Positions 29,252-39,136 of a stretch of DNA of 64,000 bases are shown piece after piece. This DNA is from a virus, in the IMG/VR virus record IMGVR_UViG_3300035662_000018, positions 5,143 to 69,142 of that record; one strand, written 5' to 3'. How positions within the stretch are numbered: the first letter of the stretch is position 1; every line of letters starts with the position of its first letter. Below the pieces are notes generated by a model. It was not told where the DNA came from. It saw only the letters and a list, made by a program, of their open reading frames with translations, and searched no databases. Position numbers and translations under genes: made by a program.

Positions 29252-31033
29252 TTATTGAACCGGTGTGACACTAATTGGTTGTGCTTCTGTCGCTGGTGTA
29301 GGTGTGTCTTCAACTGGCCCAGGCACAACAAGTGGTGCCCCTTGCGGTGTAGGTGCAGGTGCTGCCTCTGCTTCTGGTGCAGGGGCTTCTGGTGCAGGGG
29401 CTTCTGGCTGTACGCCTTGCAGCATCTGCTGAACTTCTGGTGGAATTGGCGCAACGCTTTGTGCTTGCTGTGCAGCACGAGTTGCTTCAATAACTTCAGG
29501 AGCAACTGCCGCGAGCATCGCTTCAGTAAGCTCTGGAGTAATTGCACCTTTCTCCATAAGAATTCGTAGTGCCATTTCTGTTGGCGTTGGCGCGTCGGCT
29601 TCAGAGAATCCATGCGCACGGCGCCATGTATCAAAGCTTACTGCCATGCGATCAAATCCACTGTCAGCGTCCATTGCACGGTCGTTACGAGTTGCAACTG
29701 CGCTTGGGTCGTACCAAATTGTCATACGCTCTACATCTGATGGGTCAAAACCATTTGCCAAGAGATACGGACGCAAGTACACAACTGTGAGCGCGTCTGC
29801 GATAAGCAGCATCATTGGCTCGATGTGTGCCTTATACAGTGCTTCGTCAATCTGAAGCGCGTTGCTGTACTTTACGTTTGCAAGACCTGTGACGATATCT
29901 TTTGGAACATCGAGACCTTGCAAGATACGCTCGAGAACGCGATCAGCACGTTGTGCAAGTGCTGGGTCAAATGAACGCTCAAACTTGAACTGCTTGATCT
30001 TGTCACCAAGTTCAGCAGGTCCACGAATAATCAAAGGCACAACTGCTGATGCAGAGTCCTCGTCACGAATAGGCGTGGTCATCGCATCAATGAGTTGATC
30101 TTCAAATTCGTCAGCTGCTTCTTCAGGATTGAATCCTGGGTTGAGGTCGCCAACTTCATCAAATGGATAGTTCGGATCTGGAGTTGCTGCAACACTCAAG
30201 CCGTCTGGAAGGTACAGTGCACCAGCATTCAAACGTGAACGCGCCGTTGAACGGAACGTGCGGTTAAGCAACAAAAGCTCTGCGCACATGTCAAGCATTC
30301 CTCGTAGTGAAGAATCAGCCTCTTCAGAAAAGCGTGGGTGTGCGCGCCAGATGCGACCAACGAAAGCAGATCCTGGAAGTGCAGTGATGCCCTTGCCAGT
30401 TTTTCCACCAATTGATTGGCCACCCATCAAAATATCGCGGCGTGAGATAATTCCATAGTTGTTCTTTGAGTCAACTTGAACTTCATCAACTGAACGAATA
30501 TCCCATGACTCTGGAATTCCAGTTCCGATGCGCGCTGGCATCTGAACTAAGAAGCATTCACCGGCTACGCTAAGGTTGAGCGCGGCATCTCGGAGAAGTC
30601 CCGCTTGTCCACCGTATGCTGAGTCAAGTCGTGAGAGTGCGCGTTCTGCTGCTGCCGCGAGTCGCGCATCAACGACCGCTGACGAGCGGACCGATACAGG
30701 TGCCTCTGCCGGGTTCTCGACGACCGCAGCATATAAACGTATGCGGCTAACAACAGAAGCAACAAGGTTAAAAGCATACTTGATCTCTCCAATCGCATCG
30801 TAGTATTCCCAAGCTTCACCCTGCCATGCACTCGATGTTGCTTGGCGACGAGCGCGGAAATGTTCTGCTTCTGTTTTGTCATTAAGCTTAACTTGAACTG
30901 CTGCTGCGGTCAATCCGCGCGGCGAAGAAAAAGGAGCGGCCTCTGCAAACGAATAACCAGACGGAGGAACCAAGCGTGTAGGCGGTGTCGATGTCCGACG
31001 GGTTGGTGCAATACTTTTGCGAAAAACAGCCAC
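29252..31033 (-). CDS. Portal protein
   Basis: WQGEAWEYYDAIGEIKYA..VSRIRLYAA, NLSVAGEC, RIWRAHPR, SRLNAG.L.LP, SAVVPLI, GLDVP..VTG match actinophage portal proteins. Lies between terminase and head genes. Confidence 0.8.
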   Translation of the reverse strand: MAVFRKSIAPTRRTSTPPTRLVPPSGYSFAEAAPFSSPRGLTAAAVQVKLNDKTEAEHFRARRQATSSAWQGEAWEYYDAIGEIKYAFNLVASVVSRIRLYAAVVENPAEAPVSVRSSAVVDARLAAAAERALSRLDSAYGGQAGLLRDAALNLSVAGECFLVQMPARIGTGIPESWDIRSVDEVQVDSKNNYGIISRRDILMGGQSIGGKTGKGITALPGSAFVGRIWRAHPRFSEEADSSLRGMLDMCAELLLLNRTFRSTARSRLNAGALYLPDGLSVAATPDPNYPFDEVGDLNPGFNPEEAADEFEDQLIDAMTTPIRDEDSASAVVPLIIRGPAELGDKIKQFKFERSFDPALAQRADRVLERILQGLDVPKDIVTGLANVKYSNALQIDEALYKAHIEPMMLLIADALTVVYLRPYLLANGFDPSDVERMTIWYDPSAVATRNDRAMDADSGFDRMAVSFDTWRRAHGFSEADAPTPTEMALRILMEKGAITPELTEAMLAAVAPEVIEATRAAQQAQSVAPIPPEVQQMLQGVQPEAPAPEAPAPEAEAAPAPTPQGAPLVVPGPVEDTPTPATEAQPISVTPVQ

Positions 31034-31077
31034 TACTTGTTGTCTCCTCGTTCGTTTGCTACGGAATTAACAAAAAC

Positions 31078-31365
31078 TTAGTCAATGCGGTAGAGTAATC
31101 CAACCACTGCTGAGATTGCAAATATGCAAGATACAACAACGGTTGTTTCACTAGCTATTGTATACATACCTACAAGACCTGATGCGACCCAAAGTCCCAT
31201 ACACCATTCGCACGTGATCAAATATCCGAGGCCAATTCCTTCTGGCTTTGACCATTTCCAAATCCACTCTCGGATTGGATTAAGAATGTGATCGGTCGTG
31301 ATCAGCCGAACAATGCGATACGCGGCCAGTGACAAGATGACTAATTCAAGTACGTTGATGTTCAT
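31078..31365 (-). CDS. Membrane protein, DUF1360-like
   Basis: YRIVRLITTDHI..PIREW...YLITCEWCMGLWV with hydrophobic helices. Confidence 0.7.
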   Translation of the reverse strand: MNINVLELVILSLAAYRIVRLITTDHILNPIREWIWKWSKPEGIGLGYLITCEWCMGLWVASGLVGMYTIASETTVVVSCIFAISAVVGLLYRID

Positions 31366-31742
31366 TCAACTGGATCCTTTGATGAGTGCATTGTTCGTGA
31401 TGGATTCCATGTCCGCAAACGGCTTCCACAACCGCAATTCTCGTCCTTTTCTACGGACAAAAACTTGCCGGTGACGGTCGTTAGGGTTGCGCGCTTTTTT
31501 GTTTTGTCGAGAGTTGCTGGGTCGTATTTCTCTTGGAAGATCAAAACTGGGCCAGAGTTACTGTCAGCGGCGATCATTACAGTGTCTCGAGTCAGCACTA
31601 CGCGAACGGCCTCAACTCGGCGAGAGTGCTGTACGTGTATGGCCTCTGCCCAGGAAAAAGTGCTTTGGCTTTCTGCTGAAACAAGCGTTGAGTCAGGGCA
31701 AACTACAACGCGGGCAGGAAAGAGATCAAAGATACTGCTCAT
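31362..31742 (-). CDS. Hypothetical protein with C-terminal CGCG motif
   Basis: ATGA overlaps with both neighbours. Start re-called at MSSIFDLFPA. Confidence 0.6.
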   Translation of the reverse strand: MSSIFDLFPARVVVCPDSTLVSAESQSTFSWAEAIHVQHSRRVEAVRVVLTRDTVMIAADSNSGPVLIFQEKYDPATLDKTKKRATLTTVTGKFLSVEKDENCGCGSRLRTWNPSRTMHSSKDPVE

Positions 31743-32305
31743 TTTCCTACTCCAATTCTTCGGGCCATCGCGCGGTATGTCACATTGGCTGCTGACGCTA
31801 GTTCTATCACAGAAGCTCCCGCGCGGTAAAGCGAAATGCACAGTTGCGTAAGTTCTTCATTTGCCAAGGCGTACGAACCAGTTGGATTTGCGCGGGCGCG
31901 GTAGCGGCGGGCAAGGGGTGCAAGTTGCGCTATTCTTTTTGCGTCATCATTCGAGATCTTTGGAAATGACGGACTATAGAAACGACGTGCGCGTGAGTGC
32001 CTGTGGCGTGATTTTTCCGCTGCGGCTAAGTGAGATGAATGCGAAGAGGAAGAAGGAGGAGAGGGAACAATTGGGAGGGGGGATTTGGTTGGTTGTTGGG
32101 AGAGGGCACGGATTGACGAGCGTTGCTTGGGCGGCGTCCACGCGTCGGCGATTGCCGCGAACGTCCAGCCTGCCTCGCGAAGTGCACGTATCCGTGCACG
32201 AAGCACGTCGCCCGAACAAGAAACCAAAACCTTAACCTCATCATCTGGAAGCTTCATCTCTGGCATCGTATCATTCGTACACTGCACGTCGGCGCAGCGG
32301 AACAT
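31739..32305 (-). CDS. Putative double helix-turn-helix DNA-binding protein
   Basis: LREAGWTFAAIADA and LYRAGASVIELASAANVTYRAMARRI are HTH-like segments. Confidence 0.6.
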   Translation of the reverse strand: MFRCADVQCTNDTMPEMKLPDDEVKVLVSCSGDVLRARIRALREAGWTFAAIADAWTPPKQRSSIRALSQQPTKSPLPIVPSPPSSSSHSSHLAAAEKSRHRHSRARRFYSPSFPKISNDDAKRIAQLAPLARRYRARANPTGSYALANEELTQLCISLYRAGASVIELASAANVTYRAMARRIGVGK

Positions 32306-32691
32306 TTATGTACGAGATATACATTAAGGTTAGATGAGCTCGTAACTTCTGTACAAGAGGACGAATAGTACATTATAGTAGTTGATTTTGGCCTGATAGA
32401 CGGCTGTCGTTATTGAACGACATGTGTCAAATCGTTCCCACACGCATGTCTATGGCCTGTGTTTTCTGGCGCAGGAACGAGCGAGCAATGTGCGAGACAC
32501 GTGATGACGTGTTAGTTGTATGAGCTACGACGTGCTTGGATTAGTACAGAGGTTGACATGGTTGTTGTCAAGGTGGCCTATGAGCAATGTCAGGTCACAA
32601 TTAGTACATGAGGTAGTAACGAGTAGCCAAGGCGAGCACAAGCCAGCCAAAAGTAGTTCACTGATATATGAGAAGAATATTCACAGGTGAC

Positions 32692-32720
32692 TTGCTATTG
32701 TGCTAAAAGTTTGGTATATT
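32692..32720 (+). promoter_or_regulatory. Canonical sigma70/SigA-type promoter
   Basis: TTGCTA (32692-32697), 17 nt, TATATT (32715-32720), upstream of an ACGACGAAAGGAC RBS leader. Confidence 0.6.
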
Positions 32721-32763
32721 GATATCATCAGGTAATCGCCTGATACGACGAAAGGACAATAAC

Positions 32764-32964
32764 ATGAAGGCAAATAAAAAGCACACGAAGAATCTAGAGG
32801 CAGTCCAAGCAAGAATCTCGGTCTTGCGTTACGAGATCTCTGTACGAAAAGAAGAACTCGAAGAACTTGCCAACCACCTCGCTGATTTTGAACTTTCCCT
32901 CAATGTAGATATCCGAGGCCTAAAGGACGAGTTCGGGATCGTAGCAACTGGTTGGAACATCTGA
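32764..32964 (+). CDS. Small coiled-coil protein, paralog of 36721-36921
   Basis: MKANKKHTKNLEAVQARISVLRYEI...GIVATGWNI, with its own promoter, RBS and terminator. Confidence 0.8.
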   Translation: MKANKKHTKNLEAVQARISVLRYEISVRKEELEELANHLADFELSLNVDIRGLKDEFGIVATGWNI

Positions 32965-32980
32965 AATAATAAAGCAAACA

Positions 32981-33006
32981 GCGGGGGCGAAAGCCCCCGC
33001 TTTTTT
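32981..33006 (+). terminator. Intrinsic terminator
   Basis: GCGGGGGC-gaaa-GCCCCCGC followed by TTTTTT. Confidence 0.9.
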
Positions 33007-33247
33007 GTTGTATAACGTGACCCGCATGAACATGTGTGCGACGTAACGAGTACCCGCATATGTATTGATGTTACCCGCAAGGGCTAAGTCGTTACAAACG
33101 AGTACCCGCATAGGCATTGCGAATGACCAATATGTATTTGTACGAGTACGAGTACTCGATGACTAGTGGTATTACCTCTCATGTCACCGCGCGTGGCTAA
33201 GGAGGCCACCTACTTACCGCGCAATGTCACCCGCACTAATGCCAAGG

Positions 33248-33362
33248 GTCTTGGCTATAGTTGATACCCGCATACTATAGTTGGGCGCTTCAACTATAGT
33301 TGAGCGTCTTGGCTATAGTTGGGCGCTTCAACTATAGTTGAGCGTCTTGGCTATAGCTGGGC
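33248..33362. repeat. Tandem ~19-bp repeats with a CTATAG palindromic core (6 copies)
   Basis: (caa/tgg)CTATAGttg(g/a)gcg(ctt/tct) units in non-coding DNA downstream of the terminase operon. Confidence 0.85.
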
Positions 33363-33381
33363 ATGCCCGCATATGTTGATG

Positions 33382-33858
33382 CTAGGCGAGATGGACAGTT
33401 ACGTTCTGGTCACCATCAAAGAGGGCAACGAACGTCTCTGAGTTCATACAACCTTCACCCGCAATCGAGCGATCTTTTTGGAAGGAGGCGACTGCGATGT
33501 GAGTTAGTTCGCCATACCAGCCATCCTTGTCACTACCCGCATCGTGATACCCCAACTCGACGAGACGACGTTGGGCATGGTGGACTGTGAGCGACTTACG
33601 AGCGTACTTATTCATATACACGCACTTATCAAGATACACGTCGTCAGTGTCACCACCGCTTACGACGTGGCGCACAGGCGATGGTGTCCCACCGCGTGTA
33701 GGCTTGCTGACCTTGGCTGGCTCTTCAATGACCGCAACTGGTTCTTCGGCAACCACTACTGGTTCTTCGGCTACGACCACTGGTTCAGGCGTTACTTCAG
33801 CAACAACTTGTGCCTCAACGACTTCCTCAACGACTTCATTTGTTACTTCATCACTCAT
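33382..33858 (-). CDS. Peptidoglycan-binding domain protein with acidic N-terminus
   Basis: VHHAQRRLVELGY...DGWYGELTHIAVASFQ...G.M..ETF.AL is the PG_binding_1 pattern. Confidence 0.7.
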   Translation of the reverse strand: MSDEVTNEVVEEVVEAQVVAEVTPEPVVVAEEPVVVAEEPVAVIEEPAKVSKPTRGGTPSPVRHVVSGGDTDDVYLDKCVYMNKYARKSLTVHHAQRRLVELGYHDAGSDKDGWYGELTHIAVASFQKDRSIAGEGCMNSETFVALFDGDQNVTVHLA

Positions 33859-33885
33859 TTTTCTTACTCGCTTTCGTTGTTACTT

Positions 33886-35319
33886 TTAACGATTTGGATT
33901 GAATACACGACCACCGCGTCCACTGCCGCCAGCCGCCCCGCCATTACCGCGCCACGCTGGCATACGTCTACCCGCATGCGATCTTGCCGTAATTGTACCA
34001 CCTACGAAGCCGCTTGGTGGCTTGATCATTAACGCAGTAAGCGCGTGAACGAGCGCATCAACTCTGTCTGGCGACTTACCTTCGCCCGGAATCCACGAAC
34101 ACATTTGGGATTCAAGGTCGGCTAGGTAGTTGATGTGATGAATACGTCCTTGCTCGTAGGCCAATGTAACTGGTTCTGCCCGCAACGCTTTACCGTATTT
34201 TGAATGGACTTCAAGGACTTTAATGTGAGGATCAATTGCGTTGATTGCATTACGAACGAGTGCGCCACCTTGGTTAACTTCAGCAACGACTGGACAACCA
34301 TACTTACGTGCCATCGCAACAACCGCATTTGCCCAGACTTCTGGCGAACCATGAATTGTTGCGTCTTCCATTACCCATGCTTGACGTTTATACAAATCGT
34401 GATCTGCAGTTGATGCGCATACAACGATCCCGCATTCGTCACGTGGGTTCTCTGCGACTGACGGGTCAACGCCGACTACACGAAGTGGCGCGCCTACTGG
34501 AAATACGTCTTGCCTGCTTTTTTCAATCAATTCAATTGTCCAAAGCGCACCTTCAACGTCGCTCAACATTTCGCCATAAAGTTCTTGCGCGGCCAGACGA
34601 GTACCCGCATATACGCCTGTGATTGCGTCAAGATAGGTTTCAGATAGGTTACCCGCATTGTCCATCGTTGAACCTTTTGAAATAACGACACGACCAGTCT
34701 TTTCAGCTTCATTGATTAGTGCGTACAAAACAGGAACTCTTTTTGGGGTTGTTGTGCAAATGATCTGTGGCGAGCTGCCAAGTCGCGTTCCCACTCGTAA
34801 GTTATCCCATGACGTCATGCCCGCAGCGTCGGGCGACTGACGCCACGCAGCGATTTCATCTGCCCAAGCATAGTGGAATTGAGGACCGCGTAAACCATCT
34901 GGTTCATCGGCAGTAAAACATGTAGCCGTATTACCATTTGGCCATGTTAGTCGGCGCTTTGATGGTTCGTACAGTGGTCGTTCGCTTGGAGGTGACACGT
35001 TGATGATACCTGACTCACCTTCAACGATAACGTCACGCACGTCAGCTGCAGTACGTGCAACAAGCGCGAACCGCAATTGACCTTTGTCAGTTCGCTTTGC
35101 CATATCGCGTACCCACTCAGCGGCTGCACGTGTCTTGCCAGCACCACGACCAGCTAGGTACATCCATATCGCCCAATCATCACCCGCAGGCGGTAACTGT
35201 TCTGGCCGAGCCCACGCTTTCCAGTCCCATATCAACTGTTCCATGTCAAGACCTTCAAGCACGGCACGTTGTTGATCAACTGGAAGCAGTGCAATCTGCT
35301 CCATTACGCTTTTACCCAT
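33886..35319 (-). CDS. terL: Terminase large subunit
   Basis: Walker A AGRGAGKT, LRGPQF..WADE Walker B, TTTP motif, nuclease GVDP...DECGIVV...SPDRVDA. Confidence 0.95.
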   Translation of the reverse strand: MGKSVMEQIALLPVDQQRAVLEGLDMEQLIWDWKAWARPEQLPPAGDDWAIWMYLAGRGAGKTRAAAEWVRDMAKRTDKGQLRFALVARTAADVRDVIVEGESGIINVSPPSERPLYEPSKRRLTWPNGNTATCFTADEPDGLRGPQFHYAWADEIAAWRQSPDAAGMTSWDNLRVGTRLGSSPQIICTTTPKRVPVLYALINEAEKTGRVVISKGSTMDNAGNLSETYLDAITGVYAGTRLAAQELYGEMLSDVEGALWTIELIEKSRQDVFPVGAPLRVVGVDPSVAENPRDECGIVVCASTADHDLYKRQAWVMEDATIHGSPEVWANAVVAMARKYGCPVVAEVNQGGALVRNAINAIDPHIKVLEVHSKYGKALRAEPVTLAYEQGRIHHINYLADLESQMCSWIPGEGKSPDRVDALVHALTALMIKPPSGFVGGTITARSHAGRRMPAWRGNGGAAGGSGRGGRVFNPNR

Positions 35320-35740
35320 GCGCTAATTGTATACCGCGTTAGACGCAGTGTGGGTTAATCGTTGTCCCACGCCTCGTATTCGTCATCGCCCATCAGGTTA
35401 CGCAAATATCTTTCATTACTATCCGCGTCACGCTTTGCGATACGACGTAGTTCACGTTGGTCGTCCTCAACCGTGGTTGGACCACCTTCAAGTCTTAGGT
35501 ATTCTGGTTCATTCATGTATTGCCTCGTGCTTACTTATGTTGGTGAGTACATTGTATCGTCTTGAGTTTCATTAACGAACCGCAAGCGATGATTCTTCGT
35601 ACCTTTCACGAGCGACCTTTTCAATCAATACTTGGTCATGGTATTGACCGCGTTCAACTAAACCATGATACGCGCTTTCGCATAACCGCTTACGTGTATC
35701 CTCGTCAAGGTCTTCCCAACGCTTCATGCGTCTCCTTTAT

Positions 35741-36010
35741 TTATGGATTACTTGGTAGAAATAGTTGCTGCCCTGGATAGATCTCTGTGAAACCGTACTC
35801 TTGAACCAGGTCGTCAACCGCGTTGACTACGTTACCTGAACAATTTGCGTGGGCTATTTCCCACATTGTGTCGCCTTCTTGGACGATCACTGGCTTGGTA
35901 TTGCAGACGTACGCATTGAATTGATTGTTCATGCTATTCCAAATAGCAAATGCAGCTGCGATTACCGCAATGAATACCGCATACATCACTTTTTCAAGTA
36001 CCTTTGTCAT
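35741..36010 (-). CDS. Membrane-anchored LysM domain protein
   Basis: N-terminal TM helix, then VIVQEGDTMWEIA...IYPGQQLFLP. Confidence 0.85.
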   Translation of the reverse strand: MTKVLEKVMYAVFIAVIAAAFAIWNSMNNQFNAYVCNTKPVIVQEGDTMWEIAHANCSGNVVNAVDDLVQEYGFTEIYPGQQLFLPSNP

Positions 36011-36052
36011 TTCATCTCCTGTCGTAATCCGCCTGAGTTAATTGTACAATCC

Positions 36053-36676
36053 TTAGTTCGTACTTGCCTTCGTCTTTTTGCGTATGGCTGGCCTTACTGT
36101 CTGGTGCAGTACATGGAACGGTGCTCCTGATCCAGCATCAAGCTTACCCGCAATATGAAGTGCTTCACGTACGAGCTTTTGAGTATCCGCAAGGCTCAAT
36201 TCGTTGAGTGCGTCTCCCCACTTTGCGTACATCGCCGCGAGTGCGTAGTCACCACCTGAACCGAACGAGTAGATACCTGTGGTGTCACGAACCCATGCGT
36301 AGTCTTCTCCGATTTCATAGATCTGACCATTGATCATCGCAAGAACGGTAGAACCATGAACCGCTTGCTCCTTCTGCTCTTTTGCGACGTAGCCATGATC
36401 TTCAAAGCATTGACGAAGCGCTGGTATGAACTTACTTGTCATGAACCTGTCTAAACGGATCCCTGTCAAGTCACCCGCGCTAGGAGGTGAGAATGCGTAG
36501 GCAAGAATGTTAATTGCCCGCACGTCGCCTGCTGCACCAAGAAGGTACTGACCATTTTTCATTACCTTCGCTGAACCACGACCAAGTGTGTACGAACGTC
36601 CACCTTCTTCGGTAACCTTTGAGTCAAACCCTACGACCGCCCATGTTGGACCTTGAACCGCGATGATAGTCGTCAT
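36053..36676 (-). CDS. Proteasome-beta/HslV-like Ntn protease
   Basis: N-terminal MTTIIAV, DSKVT, KV, GAAG and FGSGGDYA motifs. Confidence 0.8.
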   Translation of the reverse strand: MTTIIAVQGPTWAVVGFDSKVTEEGGRSYTLGRGSAKVMKNGQYLLGAAGDVRAINILAYAFSPPSAGDLTGIRLDRFMTSKFIPALRQCFEDHGYVAKEQKEQAVHGSTVLAMINGQIYEIGEDYAWVRDTTGIYSFGSGGDYALAAMYAKWGDALNELSLADTQKLVREALHIAGKLDAGSGAPFHVLHQTVRPAIRKKTKASTN

Positions 36677-36720
36677 TGTCTACACGATACCAGGTAGCGC
36701 CTGTTACCGCGTGACAATAC

Positions 36721-36921
36721 TTAGATGTTCCAACCGCTTGCGACGATGCCGTGGATATCTTTGAGCGCACGGATATCTACAGAAACCGACAGCTCGAAGT
36801 CGGCTAGGTGTTTTGCGAGCTCTTCAAGCTCTTCTTTACGAGTTTGGATTTCGTATCCAAGAACCGCAATACGAGCTTGAACTGACTCAAGATCTTTAGT
36901 GTGCTTCTTCTTGATTGCCAT
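36721..36921 (-). CDS. Small coiled-coil protein, paralog of 32764-32964
   Basis: MAIKKKHTKDLESVQARIAVLGYEI...GIVASGWNI with GAAAGGA RBS and array promoter. Confidence 0.8.
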   Translation of the reverse strand: MAIKKKHTKDLESVQARIAVLGYEIQTRKEELEELAKHLADFELSVSVDIRALKDIHGIVASGWNI

Positions 36922-36972
36922 GATTGATCCTTTCATGATCGGATGTACGAGACTACTTTACAGTCCTGAGAT

Positions 36973-37212
36973 CTAATTTCTGTTAGGCGTGTTGTGGTCC
37001 CAGAAGTCTTCTGGGTACGTGACTCCACATGAACCGCATTCAAATACGCCTGGCTTTACAGGCTTAGTACAACCGCGGCATGAGATCGGCCTTAGTGGAA
37101 GATCTGCATGCCGACGGTAGCGTACATCGTGGTTGCGCATAACATGAATCATATGCTGCGTGATCGTCTCAAAGAGATCGTCACAGAACATGCACTCATG
37201 CTTGGCTGCCAT
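36973..37212 (-). CDS. Zinc-finger protein (C2H2 plus CxxC pairs)
   Basis: CMFC...HVMRNH, CRGC, CGSC. Confidence 0.6.
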   Translation of the reverse strand: MAAKHECMFCDDLFETITQHMIHVMRNHDVRYRRHADLPLRPISCRGCTKPVKPGVFECGSCGVTYPEDFWDHNTPNRN

Positions 37213-37215
37213 TAC

Positions 37216-37587
37216 TTACCCGCGGACTCGTGAAGTGTACTGATCCGCATACCAGTCTTGATATTCCTGGTCTGCGACATCGCACATGATGCCCCATACT
37301 TGTCCAGCTGCTCGAGCGAATGTCTTACCGCGTACTGCGTATAGCTCGTCCTTGAAGTTTGCGTACTCAATGGCGTCAACCATGACATTCATGAAGTCTT
37401 GGAGCATTTCTTTTGTCACGTACACACGATACTGGTAGTCCCGCATAGGCGTGAACTCAATTTCTGCGCCTGACATTTCTTGAAGAGTCTCAAGTGACTT
37501 TCTGTCTCGAGCACGAACTGCTAGATGACCTGGCTTGGCCTTGTTGTCTACCGCGCTAATAAATCCATCTGGGGTGAACACCCACAT
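37216..37587 (-). CDS. Hypothetical phage protein
   Basis: MWVFTPDGFISAV...VRAR...DYQYR...YANFK, with AAGGAG RBS. Confidence 0.7.
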   Translation of the reverse strand: MWVFTPDGFISAVDNKAKPGHLAVRARDRKSLETLQEMSGAEIEFTPMRDYQYRVYVTKEMLQDFMNVMVDAIEYANFKDELYAVRGKTFARAAGQVWGIMCDVADQEYQDWYADQYTSRVRG

Positions 37588-38040
37588 ACTTTTCTCCTTG
37601 TCGTTTTGTCGTTGGGTGCGAACCTATTTATTTGATGTAACTACTTCTCGATGAGGCTTTCCTGTACATCAGCAGGATCAACTTCTTCAACCTCAACAAT
37701 GCCGTACTCTTCGTTCAGCATTCTTACAAATTCACGTCGCTTTTTATCACCGCGAACGTGAACTTCCATCGGAGTTCCGTCACGCATAACCGTACTTATT
37801 TTATAGACCTTCTGGTCATCGTGTTCCATGCGCTTAACTCCTTCTTGTGTAACTATACATTCCCTAGAATTCTATGATTTCTGAGCTAAGACCGCAAAGA
37901 TAAGGCCAAGAACCCCAAAGCCTGCGATCAACTCGAAGCTGCCGCCTAATACCGCGGTGGCCAGGGCGACGATCCCTGAAACCACCGCGAGTACGGCAGT
38001 CCATACGAGGTTTCGCAATTGCGAGAACCAAGTAGGCATG

Positions 38041-38229
38041 TTAGGCGCGCTCTGCCTTACGGGTACGACCCTTGAGGCGATCAGATGCGTTACGGATTGG
38101 GGTACCGCTTGCGCCGATGAGCTTGCGAACTTGTGCGTACGTCATGCTGTACTCTCGTGCAACTTCAATGACGCTCTGGCCTGATGCGTACAGTTCACCC
38201 GCACGCTGGGCTGTCAATTCGGTGGACAT
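38041..38229 (-). CDS. Small HTH protein
   Basis: ELYASGQSVIEVAREYSMTYAQVRKLI..SGTPIR, with an AAGGAG RBS before the ATG at 38229. Confidence 0.7.
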   Translation of the reverse strand: MSTELTAQRAGELYASGQSVIEVAREYSMTYAQVRKLIGASGTPIRNASDRLKGRTRKAERA

Positions 38230-38762
38230 AATTGTGCTCCTTCGTTGTGTACTTGCTGTTTTGATTGTGTCTATGTCTTCTGCGATAAGTTGCAGAGTTA
38301 ACCGCGACGTTGCAATAAGCGCAGCCGCTTCGTTGAGTAGTTTATCGTTACTCAAGATCTGTTCTCCTTCGTCATTGGTGAGTACTATACCACTTACTTT
38401 TTAGAATTTTGTGATCTACTCAAACATTTCTTTTTTTGGCTTTACAACGCCAAGTAGCGTCGTCGGTGCCTTTCGTTTCCTGTTGCGATCCCAGTAGACG
38501 TAGCCGTACCCTGCAGTAATGACCGCAAATACCAAAGCTGTAAGTCTTTTCATTTCTTGACCTGCTCCATTGACACAACCTTACTCGTGTGCTTTGCTGG
38601 ATTTTGGCATGTCGGTGGCTCTGAAACATTGACGTAAACCGTGACCTTATTACCGCAATCTGGACACTTCCATATAAACTTATTTTTTGGCTCTCGTTCG
38701 CTCATGATAGTCCTTCTACTTTTGAGGAATGACACTATATACTATGGCACGAGGTAACCGCG

Positions 38763-39017
38763 TCATTTCGCAAGACCTGCCTTTTTGGCGATCCGCTTGA
38801 CCTTGCGACGTTCGTTTGCTGTGAGTCCTCCCCACACTCCTTCTTCGTTATTGCGTAGCGCGTAGTCCAAGCACTCCTGCTTTACCGCGCACTTGTCGCA
38901 AATCTTCTTCGCTCTGTTGACAACTGTCCGCATGCGATCTTCAAAGAACAAATCGCCATGTCCGATACACGCTGCCTGTGCTCGCCAAATTCCAATGTCA
39001 ACTATCCGTACTGTCAT
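38763..39017 (-). CDS. whiB: WhiB-family Fe-S transcription factor
   Basis: W..AAC...LFF...AKKICDKCAVKQECLDYAL...GVWGGLT.NER (four Cys plus the GVWGG turn). Confidence 0.92.
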   Translation of the reverse strand: MTVRIVDIGIWRAQAACIGHGDLFFEDRMRTVVNRAKKICDKCAVKQECLDYALRNNEEGVWGGLTANERRKVKRIAKKAGLAK

Positions 39018-39136
39018 TTCGCCTCCCATGTATATTACTGTCTTGAGTTTGATCTACTTATGAGCTGCCAGCCTGGGACGACCCGCATCGCGGTACAAGG
39101 TTATCGTCCCGGCTAGCAGCATTCGCATGGGTGCGA

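Noticed and set aside
61-31081. Numerous plus-strand ORFs of 60-220 aa
   Set aside because: Antisense shadows of the long minus-strand structural genes, with no RBS and no recognisable motifs.
33248-33362. CRISPR array
   Set aside because: Units are adjacent ~19-bp tandem repeats with no unique spacers, and there are no cas genes in the window.
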